Shown piece by piece: positions 26,631-38,471 of a stretch of 64,000 nucleotides of DNA (position 1 is its first letter; every line of letters begins with the position of its first letter). The stretch covers positions 108,252,001-108,316,000 of the forward strand of contig OX597814.1 in NCBI GenBank assembly GCA_951406725.2, given 5' to 3'. The notes under the pieces are model-generated. The model did not search any database. It was not told where the DNA came from and was given only the letters and a program-made list of their open reading frames with translations. Both the position numbers and the translations under genes were made by a program. Source of the DNA: Octopus vulgaris (lineage: Eukaryota).

Positions 26631-27419
26631 AATTATTAATGATAATTGTTAATTTAGTGACCCATTTGTAAGAGTTGATGGCTTGAAGTCTGTCGTTGGG
26701 AATACACTGAATCCTGAGCTGAGATGTGTCAGTTCACTCATCTATAAATAGTTACCATGAGGAGGTACAATATCTCCTCTCACCCCAGTTCATGGAGCTA
26801 TTTGCTGTAAAGGAAACTGAGGTGTTTCATTTGCGTTCAATGTTGTAATCGAATCTTTCCATGGATTTGAAGAATGTGATTTAAAAACACTCTGGTGTAA
26901 GCAGACATTATCTCCAGATGTCCAGATGGATTATCAAACACTGATAATCATTATCTATAGATGTAAGTAGGAATTATAAAGCAAAATAGAATAGGAATTA
27001 TCTACAGATAGGGACAAGTGTGTGTGTGTGTGTGTGAGTGTGTGTGCGTGCATGCATGTGTGCGTGTACGTGCGTGTGTGTATGTGTGTTTGTGTCTTTT
27101 GTGTTTGTCCTCCCTCAACCGCTTGAAAAACCAGTGTTGGTTTGTTTACATCTCTATAACCTAGCAGTTCATCAAACGGGATCAGTGAAATAAGTACCAG
27201 GCTTTTAAAAAATGTATCAACTGGGGTTGATACATTTGACAAAAAATTCCTTGAGGCTGTGCCCTAGCATGGGCGCAGTCTAATGACTTGAACAAGTAAC
27301 AGATAAAAGATAAATGACAGAGAAGTGCATTTAGAGTTGCACTCGTTTGTGCAGTGTAAACATGCAACAAATAAAGAAGACTGCTGGAAAATATTGTTGT
27401 CTGCAACTAGATTTGTATA

Positions 27420-27780
27420 ATAAGAAGCTTGGTTCCCAACCACATGGTTCTGGGTTCAGTCCCACTGCGTGGCACCTTGGACAAGTGACTTCTATTATAG
27501 CATTGGGTCAACCAAAGCCTTGTGAGTGGATTTGGTAGACGGAAACTGAAAGAAGCCTGTCATATATATATGTATGTGTTTGTCCTCCCACCATTGCTTG
27601 ACAACCAACGTTGGTGTGTTTATGCCTCCATAACCTAGCGGTTTGGCAAGAGAGAATGATAGAATAAGTAGTACTTAGAATAAGTACTAGGCTTACAAAG
27701 AATAAGTCCTGTGGGTGATTTGTTTGACTAAAGGCGGTGCTCCAGCATGGCTGCAATCAAATGACTGAAAGAATAAAAGT
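27420..27780 (+). mobile_element. Family A SINE
   Basis: Aligns with the A consensus. Confidence 0.8.
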
Positions 27781-28039
27781 GATTAGGCAGTTGCACTCAT
27801 GATCATGAGAATGTGATTTCAATTCCCAGGTGAGCTGCATGTTGCATTCTTGAGCAAGACCCTCCATTTCCCACTCAGCTGAAAATGGGTCACCCTGCCA
27901 TGGACTAACCCTTCCAGTCATGGGGAGTGTTGGCCTGCTCACCTAACCAGTGGGGTGGCATCATTCAAAAGCTAAAACTGACACAAACCATGTGATCAGG
28001 ATCATGTGACACACAAAATTGAATATGACAATGGCTAGT

Positions 28040-28690
28040 GACTGAGACCTTTGGAGATATGCTGTGCTTGAGAAGACCCAACAAGCCAAGTGAGACCAAA
28101 ACCCGTGGCCTATGCCAGTGGTGTATAACCAGCCCACATATGAGTACCCTTCATTCATTGGACAATAAAATTTGCTTGCAAAGATCTGCTGAGGCAAGTG
28201 AAATCAAAATCATTGACGTGGCCAATGACAGTACTGCCTGATTGGCACTCATGCCAGTGGAACGTTAAAAGCACCATCTGAGCGTAACCGTTGCCAGGGT
28301 TGCTGACTGGCTCCCATGCTGGTGGCACGTAAAAAGCACCATTCGAATGTGATCGTTGCCAGCATTGCCTTACTGGCACATGAAAAACAACATTTGAGCA
28401 TGGTCGTTGCCAGTGCTGCCGGAGTGGCTCCCATGCAGGTGGCACATAAAAAACACCCTTTGAGCATGGTCGTTGCCATAACCACCTGACTGGCCCTTGT
28501 GCCAGGGGCATGTAAAAGCACCCACTACATTCTCAGAGTAGTTGATGTTCGGAAGGGCATCCTGCTATTGAAACTTTGCCAGATCAGATTGGAGACTGGT
28601 GCAGCCTTCTGGCTTGCCAGTCCTCACTCAAACCGTCCAACCCATGCCAGCATGGTAAGTGTACGTTAAATGACAATGATGATGATGCTG
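28040..28690 (+). mobile_element. Family D RTE 3'UTR fragment with several hairpin repeat units
   Basis: Repeated GGTGGCACGTAAAAAGCACC units and the D tail. Confidence 0.8.
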
Positions 28691-29113
28691 ATGCTGAACG
28701 ATTAATAAACATAATTTAGGAATGTCAGCAATGTCAATGGTACATGTATTAGATATATTACTTCCTTGTAAATATTTACCAAACAATTTTTATCTAACAT
28801 CTTAGACTGAAACAAGATCTTCACTGGCATTGCATCACTTAGGGTTCCAGCTAATCTGATCAACAGAAGAGCCAGCTCGTGAAATTAATGCACAAATGGT
28901 TGAGTACTCCACAGATATGCGTACCCTTAATATAGTTCTCAGGGAGACACAGTGTGATACAGAATGTGACAAGGCTGGTCCCTTTTGAATTATAGGTATA
29001 ACTCACTTTTTGCCAGCTTAGTGGACTGGAGCAACGTGAAATAAAGTATCTTGCCCAAGGACACAACACTTTGCAATCGTGAGCTGAATGAGTTTTCACT
29101 GAAACAAAATATT

Positions 29114-29514
29114 CTTTCCTACTCTAGGCACAAGGCCTGAAATTTTTGGCAAGTTGGGGGAGCAGTCAATTAGATTTACCCCAGAATGCAACTGGTACTT
29201 AATTTATTGACCCTGAAAGGATGAGAGGCAAAGTTGACCTCAGTGGAATTTGAACTCAGAATGTAAAAACAGACGAAATACCTATTTCTTTACTACCCAC
29301 AAGGGGCTAAAAACAGAGGCGACAAACAAAGACAGACAAATGAAGTAAGTTGATTATATCGACCCCAGTGTGTAACTGGTGCTTATTTAATCGACCCCGA
29401 AAGGATGAAAGGCAAAGTTGACCTCAGTGGAATTTGAATTCAGAACGTAACGGCAGACAAATACCGCTAAGCATTTCGCCCGGCATGCTAATGTTTCTGC
29501 CAGCTCGCCGCCTT
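29114..29514 (-). mobile_element. Dimeric family B SINE with a 16-bp TSD
   Basis: TSD ACTGAAACAAAATATT at 29098-29113 and 29515-29530 encloses two B cores. Confidence 0.85.
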
Positions 29515-29967
29515 ACTGAAACAAAATATTGTGGTGTCCAAGAAGAGACATCTTTGATTATGATTAAACACCCCACCCACTTGTTGATATGATATATTTA
29601 TTTCTTTAGTAACAGATTTAAATGCTGTGGGGTATTCAGTATTGGGAATGGGACAGGATCCATGAATTTCTTTTTTCAGCTCCTTTTTTTACAGCAAGTT
29701 CCTCTTTAGGCTGCAGATTTACCGTTAATGCTTTCACCTGAAGATGCCCACTGACCAGGTGATTCTGTTAAACCAAACAACTGACTGGACTTCACTCAGA
29801 CATCATGGCAGCAGATCATGGTGTGTCCCTTTGTGTTCAACTTCAAATCTCAACTTCACTTTTCATCCCTCCAGAACCACTAATTTAAATTCATTCATTA
29901 AATGTCATCTGCTTTCAGCAGGTTCAATATCAAGCATCTCCATCTTCTATTGTGGGTCTGGCTTCTT

Positions 29968-30330
29968 GCTTGTTTCAGTCATTAGATTGTGGCCATGCTG
30001 GGGCACCACCTTGAGGAATTTTTAGTTGAATGACCCCAGAACTTATTGTTTTAGCTGAAGGACCCCAGAACTTATTTGTTTAAGCTTGTCTCTGTTGTTG
30101 AACACTAAGTTCCAGGGATGTAAATACACCAACACTAGCGCCAGTTGTGGGACACATACACACCCACAATGGGCTTCTTTCAGTTTCCGCCTATCAAATC
30201 CACTCACAAGGCTTTGGTCAGCCTGAAGCTATAGTAGGAGACATGTACACATGGTGTCACACAGTGAGACTGAACCCAGAACCATGTGGTTGGGAAGCAA
30301 ACCTCTTACCACACAGCCACACCTGTGCCT
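29968..30330 (-). mobile_element. Family A SINE, diverged
   Basis: A head and tail are recognisable. Confidence 0.75.
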
Positions 30331-30514
30331 AAGTACATGATGTGGTCTGAATCCCTTCTCTGGAGGCTGGCCACGCATTAAGAGAGTTCCTTAAATCTGT
30401 CACACATACCTTCTGAGTCACTGACGATATTGGGTTCCTCTGCTTCATCGGCCATTTCAGTCTTGATGAACTTAATAATATAATAATAATGAAATTATTG
30501 TATACCACAATAAT

Positions 30515-30822
30515 TATTGTGCACCACAACTTGTCAAAAGTGCGTATAAAGTAAATGCAGTAATGTACAAATGTCTGGGAAGCGAACAGTGTATGAGTCA
30601 GATACATGCTTGCGTATGTGTGGAGGGGAGAAAATCAGGTGTAGTGTTGGTGAATCTCAGGAAGCATGGAAGTTTTGAAGGATGCAGTGCTCCGACAACT
30701 AACAACTGATGCCGGCAGTTTGTTCCATGCTTTAGCAACTCTTAGCGTGAAAAAATGTTTGCGAAGTCATGGGAGCTGTGCTGTTTTCTGATTTTGTAAA
30801 CATGTCCACGGGTGTTAGACAG
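30515..30822 (-). mobile_element. CR1-clade LINE 3' end
   Basis: Minus translation NTRGHVYKIRKQ...KHFFTLRVAKAWNKLPASVV, a typical CR1 ORF2 C-terminus; a related fragment lies at ~59850-60040 (+). Confidence 0.8.
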
Positions 30823-31223
30823 ATGTTAGACATCCCCTAGTACAGCAATCCTTCTGATATAGCTGGTACCTACAGCTCAGTTTTGCTCACTGGCCAAAAT
30901 AGGGACCGAGGTGTGGTTTTCGGTGTGGACTACTGGCTTCTGGGGGCTGTGTCAGACGTAGTTTAAGACCAGTGCCCCTGTCCCCCGTCTGAAGATCTGC
31001 AGCCGACCGGTTTACAAAAGCACTATTCCTTTATACACTTAGACCAATCACGGCATTAATCTAAATACATTTGTAGGATTGGCATCGACTTACCAACTGT
31101 TCCCTGTTTGCAGGGGTCAATACATGCTTCCAGTCGTTCAGACATCGACCAGCTGTGAGTCTTTATCCCAAGGGAGATAACTCAATATTAACAACTTGAT
31201 GGGTTTCTCACATTGCCTTAATT

Positions 31224-31797
31224 AAGTGGTTTTTAACCGGGTCAGTATGAACCCCTGGGGGTCCATATAAGATTTTTTGGGCCGAAGCAAGTAAAATGGA
31301 AACTTTGGGATCCACAGTTGTATGTTAAGGGTCCATGGAAAAAATTTCCTATACATGTATTGATTGCAAGAGACAGTTAGATTTGTTTCTCTTATACTAC
31401 ATAATTTAATATATTTCTGCGTTCTGAGTTCAAATTCCGCCGAGGTCGACTTTGCTTTTCATCCTTTCGGGGTCGATAAATTAAACACCACTCGTGTACT
31501 GGAGTCGATCTAATAGACTGGCTCCCCTCCCCCAAAATTTCGGGCCTTGTACCTAGAGTAGAAAAGAACATTTCCCGCCATTGAAACATGTTCTCTCAGA
31601 GTGTGTTGTTGCAAACTTACACAAAAGTGAACGTGTGCGACGAACAAAATAGGAATTTTGAAAGGAGTATCTATAAAGCTAGTTTTAAGCAATAGCTTTG
31701 TGTGTGTGTGTGTGGGGGGGGTCTACCAGAATAAAATAGTACCCAAAGGGGTCCACAGGCAAAAAAAACCCCCCAAAAATGGTTGAGAACAAGTGTC
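31224..31797. mobile_element. hAT-type MITE remnant with a nested family B fragment
   Basis: Termini AGTGGTTTTTAACC and GGTTGAGAACAAGTG resemble CAGTGGTTCTCAACC TIRs. Confidence 0.55.
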
Positions 31798-31879
31798 TTA
31801 AATCACGATGGTAATACTGACAAACTGAAGTTTTCCAAAATTTCAGAGTCCAATAATCACTGGTTTAATATGTTACTCA

Positions 31880-32290
31880 TGGCGGCGAGCTGGCAGAGAC
31901 GTTAGCACGAATTGCTTAGCGGTATTTCGTCTGTCGCTACGTTCTAAGTTCAAATTCCGCCGAGGTCGACTTTGCCTTTCATCCTTTCGGGGTCGATTAA
32001 ATAAGTACCAGTTACGCAATGGGGTCGATATAATCGACTTAATCCGTTTGTCTGTCCTTGTTTGTTCCCTCTGTGTTTAGCCACTTGTGGGTAGTAAAGA
32101 AATAGGTATTTCATTGTCTGTACATTCTGAGTTCAAACTCCGCCAAGGCTGACTTTGCCTTTCTTCCTTTCAGGGTCGATTAAATAAGTATCAGTTACGC
32201 ACTGGGGTGGATGTAATCAACTGAAACCCTTTGTCTGTCCTTGTTTGTCCCCTCTATGTTCAGCCCTTTGTGGGCAATAAAGAAATAAAT
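31880..32290 (+). mobile_element. Dimeric family B SINE
   Basis: A full head at 31880, then a second core after the junction GTAGTAAAGAAATAGGTATTTC. Confidence 0.85.
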
Positions 32291-32956
32291 GTTTCTCAAA
32301 TCTCAGAAGAAATTCCTGTTTAGCAGTCAAATCATACGTCAAGCTGTTCATATACACCCAACTTGAATACAAAGGGTTGACCAAAGCCTTGTGAGTGGAT
32401 TTAGTTGTTGGTTCAATCCTACTGTGGGGCACCTTGAGCAAGGGTCTTCTACTATAGTCTTGGGCTGGCTAATGCCTTGTGACTGGAATTGGTAGAAGGA
32501 AACTGAAAGAAGCCCATCAAATATACGTGTGCTTGTGTGTGTGTGTGAGTGTGTGTGTATGTATGTACATGTGTGTATATACGTGTGTGTGTGTGTATGT
32601 ATGTATGTACATGTGAGTGTATATACACATGTATGTTTGTATGTGTGTGTATGTTTGTGTATATATACATGTGTGTGTGTGTGTACATGTGTATGTATAT
32701 ACATGTGTGTGTGTGTGTATGTGTGTGTGTTTCCTTGCCATGACATTGCACATGTCAATAGCAAGTGAGTGCCACTGCCATGCAAACAGTGTCCTTTGTT
32801 TCCAGTCTGCCATGAAAACATGTCTGGTTACGGAGAAATATTTCCTTGCTTGAAAACAAATGAGGTTTGGCAACAGGAAGGGCAGCCAGCCATAGAAAAT
32901 CTATCTTACACAAATTCCATCCAACCCAATCAAGCATGGACAAGTGAATGGTAAAC

Positions 32957-33195
32957 GATGATGATGGTGATGGTGATGGTGATGATGATAATGATAATGA
33001 TGATGATGGTAGTGATGATGATGATGGTGGTGGTGGTGGTGGTGGTGGTGGTGGTGGTGGTGGTGATAATGATGATGATGATGATGATGATGATAATGAT
33101 AATGATGATGATGATGATGGTGGTGATGGTGGTGATGATAATGATGATGATGGTGATGGTGATGGTGGTGATGGTGATGGTGATGAAGCTGATGA
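32957..33195. repeat. Compound (GAT/GGT)n microsatellite (expanded retroelement tail)
   Basis: Directly visible; source of the poly-H, poly-D and poly-P ORFs. Confidence 0.95.
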
Positions 33196-34799
33196 TACCA
33201 CTCAGCACTCCTCCCCCAAATGCTAATTGAGGCAATTAGTCCTAATTGAGACGACTCATTATTAACAGTTCCTGAGAAGACGAAACTGGCAGAATTGTTA
33301 GCATGCTGGGAAAAATACTTGGAGACATTTCTTCTGATTTCACATTCCAGTACCACCGAGACGGACTTTGCCTTTCATCTTCCCATAAGTACCAGTCGAG
33401 TACTGGGGTCGATATCAGACTTACCTCTTCCCTCAAAATTGCTGGCCTTGTGCCAACGTCTGAAATCAATACCAACAGTTTCCTTGAACAAAACATTTGC
33501 CGCTCTGCCTTTTATTAGAATTTTGTGTTGAGTGTCAAAGACTTTTGTCACACCTTTATTCCCTCAACTGAGCTGCATCTATTAAGTTTTAAAAACTGTT
33601 CAGATTTTTATTACCTGGCTTCATAAATGTATTCATTCTTTTATATTCTACCTTCGTTGTGATTTTCCTTGTTTGCTGGCTCCAACATTGGATGAAAGTC
33701 AATAAATTTGAAGAGGAATTTGACATAGTGTGTTTGTTTTCTTGGGTTGAAGTTTTAGAATTTGTTTTGAAATTTTCTTCTTAAATCTCTTGGAAACTGG
33801 AATCTTCTGAGTGTTTCCATTCAATCTCTGTGCCAGAAATTAATATCCTTTACTTTCTTCAAAAGGAAAATTGGTGGGAAAATCTCAAAATCCATCGCTG
33901 AAAAACTGAAGAATTATTTCCTGGTTTCATATCTCAGACATGAGTGGAGCTCATCCCATGCCATGCTGAACCATCAACAGTGGATTTCTATCTATTTGGC
34001 CCAAGACAATTCTTTTCCTTGACATCCAGTGACCAGGTGATGGTGCTAATGGAATGTAAACAACATCGTTATTTTTTAATTACTATTAATAATTGAAAAA
34101 TAAGAAAGAAAAAAATTCAATATGAAAAATTTTCAATTTCTTTCTTTTCTCTTTTTTCCCAAGTAAATTTCAATTTTGTGTGAAATCAAAAAGAAAAGAA
34201 TGTTTAATTTGAAGCTATTTTAAGTAAATTACTTTATTTGTTAGTCTCGATGAAATCTCAGAGCATAAATGGGTTAAATGTTTTGGTATATTTTAAACTG
34301 TTTGGTTGAATGTTTGGCAGAATGACTACTGTAGCAGACAAAATTCTCCACAATGTTTCTTTTGGCTCTAAGGCAACCAACTGGCAGAATCGTTAGCATA
34401 CCAGGCAAAAATGCTTAGCAGTATTTTGTCCTTTACATTCTGAGTTCAAATTCTGCCAAAGTTGACAGTGGCTTTTATTCTTTCAGGGTCAATAAAATAA
34501 ATACTAACTGAGCCAGTGGCACGTAAAAAGCACCCACTACACTCTCGGAGTGGTTGGCATTAGGAAGGGCATCCAGCTGTAGAAACTTTGCCAGATCAGA
34601 TCAGAGCCTGGTGCAGCCTTCTGGCTTGTCAGTCCTTAGTCCAATCGTCCAGCCCATGCCAGCATGGAAAGCAGATGTTAAACGATGATGATGATGATGA
34701 TGATGATGAGCACTAGGGTCATTGATGTCAACTTACCTTCCCCACTGAATTTGCTGGCCTTGTGCCAAAAGTCAAAACAAATTATTAGGGTAGGCTTTC

Positions 34800-34830
<31 letters not shown>

Positions 34831-35238
34831 CTCACCCTGTCTCTATCTCTCCCTCTAACTTTCTCCCACCTTCTACTGGGGTGGCCGAGTATCTCCTCAT
34901 AGCAAGATGGCTATCCCTGTCCCTCCAGCCTTCTTCAACCACTCACCTGGTACATGGCTACTTCTCTCGATCCACTCCTTCTTTCAGAGGCCCTCGACTT
35001 GCAAGCTTCTTGGTGACCCTCTGTGTACCACATAAAAAAACAATCATACTGGTTCAACGTAAAATGCAACTGTACTGGGTGCCTCACAAAAGGCAGCCAG
35101 CAGACACTCTGTAAAGTGGTTGGCATTAGGAAGGGCATCCAGCCATAGAAACCATTCCAAAACAGACAATTGGAATCTGGTGTGGTTCTTGATGAACTGT
35201 TCAACCCATGCCAACATGAAAAGCAGATGATAAAGGAC

Positions 35239-35271
<33 letters not shown>

Positions 35272-35559
35272 GGTTATGGTGGTGGTGGTGGTGGTGGTGG
35301 TGGTGATGATGGCGATGATGATCATGATGATGATTCTGGTTCCTTATATTGTGAGATTAAATTTGTCAAGCCACCTTTGCTTTTCGTCCTTTTGGCATTA
35401 ATAAAATAAAGTGCCAGACAACTTTTTAAAATTTTTCTTGAGCCCTTAGGGCTCATTGCGCCAGTTACCTAGTTTCCATGGCGTATAAGTTATCAAAGCC
35501 ACTGCATTCCCCTCTGAACAGGCCAGCAAGTTTTGAGGGAAGGGGACAAGTCGATTACA

Positions 35560-35770
35560 TCAATTCCTCAGTTTTTCTTTTAGGCGACATGTCCAGAATG
35601 TAGAACAGAGGCAGTCATGGCCTGCCACAGTTCTCTTTTCATTGCTTTTTGTAACAGTCCAATCTTCTTCCTGATGTTTAATGCCCCTTTCTTCCAAGCA
35701 GTTTATCAAGTTTGACATCTTTCTCCTTCCTTTGCTTCTTTCCCCTTCAATCTTTCCGATCATTGTGAGA
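35560..35770 (-). mobile_element. RTE-type LINE C-terminal fragment
   Basis: MIGKIEGERSKGRR resembles the GKIEG.R.RGR motif of RTE ORF ends. Confidence 0.55.
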
Positions 35771-35782
35771 CCTGAATCATCT

Positions 35783-36720
35783 TCATACCTGAATTAAATG
35801 GCCTTGGTTCATATTGGACATTACTTTGACTGTGGTGGCTTTCAAAGAATTCTTATGGTGATGTTGATTGACCTCTTCCTCAACAATGTTCCACACATAA
35901 GGGTCCAATGGATTGAGACCTGATGAGTTTGAAGGCCAAATGTTAAGGGTTATGTGATCATAAAAATTGTTAGCCATCCCTTATTGGGGTTGCATGAGCC
36001 TCATGTGATGGCACACTTGACAGCTGATTCCATGACCTCAATGTAACCAATAGAGTTATCTTTAAGGCCTTGTGGAAAGAAGTGAGGAGGCATCACATTA
36101 TCCTTCATTACTGACAATTCCAAAAGCCATGACAGCTGGAACTTCAGAAGAGCCTGAACATAACCATTTGCCATTTTTTCTGTTAATCTTCTAGTCTTGG
36201 TCAAAGTTTTTCTCATCTGAGAAAAACCAAATCATGTCACATTCTCCATTTTTAACTTTGTTTAAATAGCCTTTTAGATCTGAACAAACAATTCTTATTT
36301 TCTTTCTTTTTTTCCTCTGACATGAATTGACCTCTCTTCATCATGTAAGCCTCATGGCAGATGTCTTCATGGACAACATTTCTGATTGTCCTTTCTGACA
36401 TAAGGAGATCTTTTGCAATTGACCTCATGGATTTTCTAGGATTTCCATCAAAGACCTGCTGAACTTGTCAAATAAATGTAGGGGTTATGAGGGCATCGGA
36501 ACATTAAGAATGCTTTTTGTGTTTCAAAACTGGTGATACCTTTCCATTTGGGACTTCTAATTCCTTGTGAACTTTGTAGACAAAAGATCTGGCAACTTTT
36601 AAAAACTGACCTCTCTCTAAATTGCTGTGCTCAGTCTTTAAGGCCATAATTACAGCATTCCTCTTCATTCATTGAGTAAGCTGGGTGTCTGCCGTTATTA
36701 TTTTCTGAAACATTCATGAC
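35783..36720 (-). pseudogene. Decayed Tc1/mariner-superfamily transposase, maT (DD37D)-like
   Basis: Fragments PRKSMRSIAKDL (HTH), WFFSDEKNF, VMPPHFFPQGL and WPSNSSGLNPLD, with stops and frameshifts. Confidence 0.8.
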
Positions 36721-37024
36721 ATAAAGTTAATTTAAACACAGTAATAACTAAAAAAATATCATGTTCTCATATAGCTTACACACCCTGTATATATACACAC
36801 ACGTATACACCCTCCATCTCCATTTTTTCTCTCTCCATCTGTTTTTCTCCTCAATTTTTTTTCTGTAGAAGAACATAGGTTCAAAACATCTTCTTCCATT
36901 TTTCCTGTGTGTCAAATTAATACACCTGGTTTGTTGTTCCCTCACCTGTCTCTTATTTGTTTTTTGGGGGGTTTTGTACAATTTTGAACCATATATACAC
37001 GTACGTGTGTGTAATATATATATA

Positions 37025-37150
37025 TCTATTATATAAAATCTGTTCTGTCTGTCTGTGTGTGTATCTTCTAGGATCTCGGGCATCCTCCATCCGATTGCGC
37101 TCAAATTTGATATGTAGATACCGACTGTATCAGGGTGTGTATAAGTCTGT
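37025..37150 (+). mobile_element. 5' fragment of a non-autonomous Helitron-like element
   Basis: TCTATTATATAAAA start, (GTCT)n, then CCGATTGCGCTCAAATTTG. Confidence 0.5.
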
Positions 37151-37871
37151 TTAAACCATGTTTGTGTTCTCCTAGTCAACAGCCTTATCATTACTGGTAT
37201 TTTAAACTCTTCAGTTGCATATTTGTGTGAATAAAATCGTTTTTCTTTGGAATAGAAAAAAAGTCTATCTTTATTTCTTCTTTTGCTGGTGTCTCAAATT
37301 TAGGTTAAATCAGTGTTTCTCAAAGGGGAGGCCTATGGGACGGTCGGACAAGTTGTCTTGAGAAAATTTGGTTTAAATGTTTGACAACTCAGCACCATCC
37401 ATTGGACAGGCGGGGTGGGGGCGTTTTGCTCGTATACACACACACACATACAAATTATGTGTATATATGTATATATATTTTTGTGTGCATGTGTGTGCAT
37501 GTATGTGTGTGTGTTATTGTCTCCTTGCCATGACATCATGTAGCAGCTGTAACCAAGTGTCACCCTCATGCAACTGATGTCCTTCATTTCCAGTCTTCCA
37601 TGAAATATTACCTTACTTGCAAACCTGTAAGGGTTGGTGACAGGAAAGGCGTCTAACTGCTGAAAATCCTTCTCAATGAATTCTGTTTAGTCTTTACAAA
37701 GAATGGAAAAGCAGACATTAAAATGATGACGAGGATAATACATAAGCATACATGTGTTTATGTACGCATACATATAAATAAATGTGTGTAAGTGTGTGTG
37801 CTTGCATGCATGCATGTGTGTGTGTATGCATATGTATGTTTGTGTGTGCTTGCTTGTATACATGCGTGAAT

Positions 37872-37908
<37 letters not shown>

Positions 37909-38384
37909 CACACAACAGAATACAATAGACATAGCTTATTAATTCATAAATTCTAAGCTAAAACCATTCTCAGCAGCAGTGATAATTAGCTGAAACTGTC
38001 ATTATGAGATTTTAATTTTTAATGAACAGAAAATTAGGATGTGTGTGTGTGTGTGTGGGTTAATACCATAAATGAGCTGGGTGGTGGTGGTGGTGGTGGT
38101 GGTGGTCAGATGTAGGTGTGTGGTGCAAGTAAAGAGAAACCTGCTACTAAGTAGCCACTGTCTGACTGGTCAAGTAAGGGAGTCTTTATGGAGTCAATTG
38201 ACCTGCTAGAAATGACAGCCAAATCTCCGTCAAATCTTCACTGGTGTTTTAAGAAAACAAGAAGCACACATTGAATAATGTGATGCTAGATACACTATAA
38301 GATAGGATGGTCGTGGCTGGACTAATTATATGTCTGCTCAGTCAAACAGTCAACAACAACAATTCAACCATGAACAATATTAAC

Positions 38385-38471
38385 CCAGAGAATTGGTGGG
38401 AAATTTTCCCTAAGACATGTTTCTTTCCATGTTTGTCTTGGGATACTTCTTCAGCCCTTTTTTTCAAAAGC
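38385..38471 (-). other. Candidate 87-nt exon (LLKKRAEEVSQDKHGKKHVLGKISHQFS)
   Basis: Acceptor CCCATTTTCATACAG|, open frame, donor GG|GTTAAT; phase-compatible with 42811-42765. Confidence 0.35.

Noticed and set aside
30824-31193. TGTTA...TAACA-bounded segment as a solo LTR
   Set aside because: No TSD, and the left TGTTAGAC duplicates the adjacent CR1 end.
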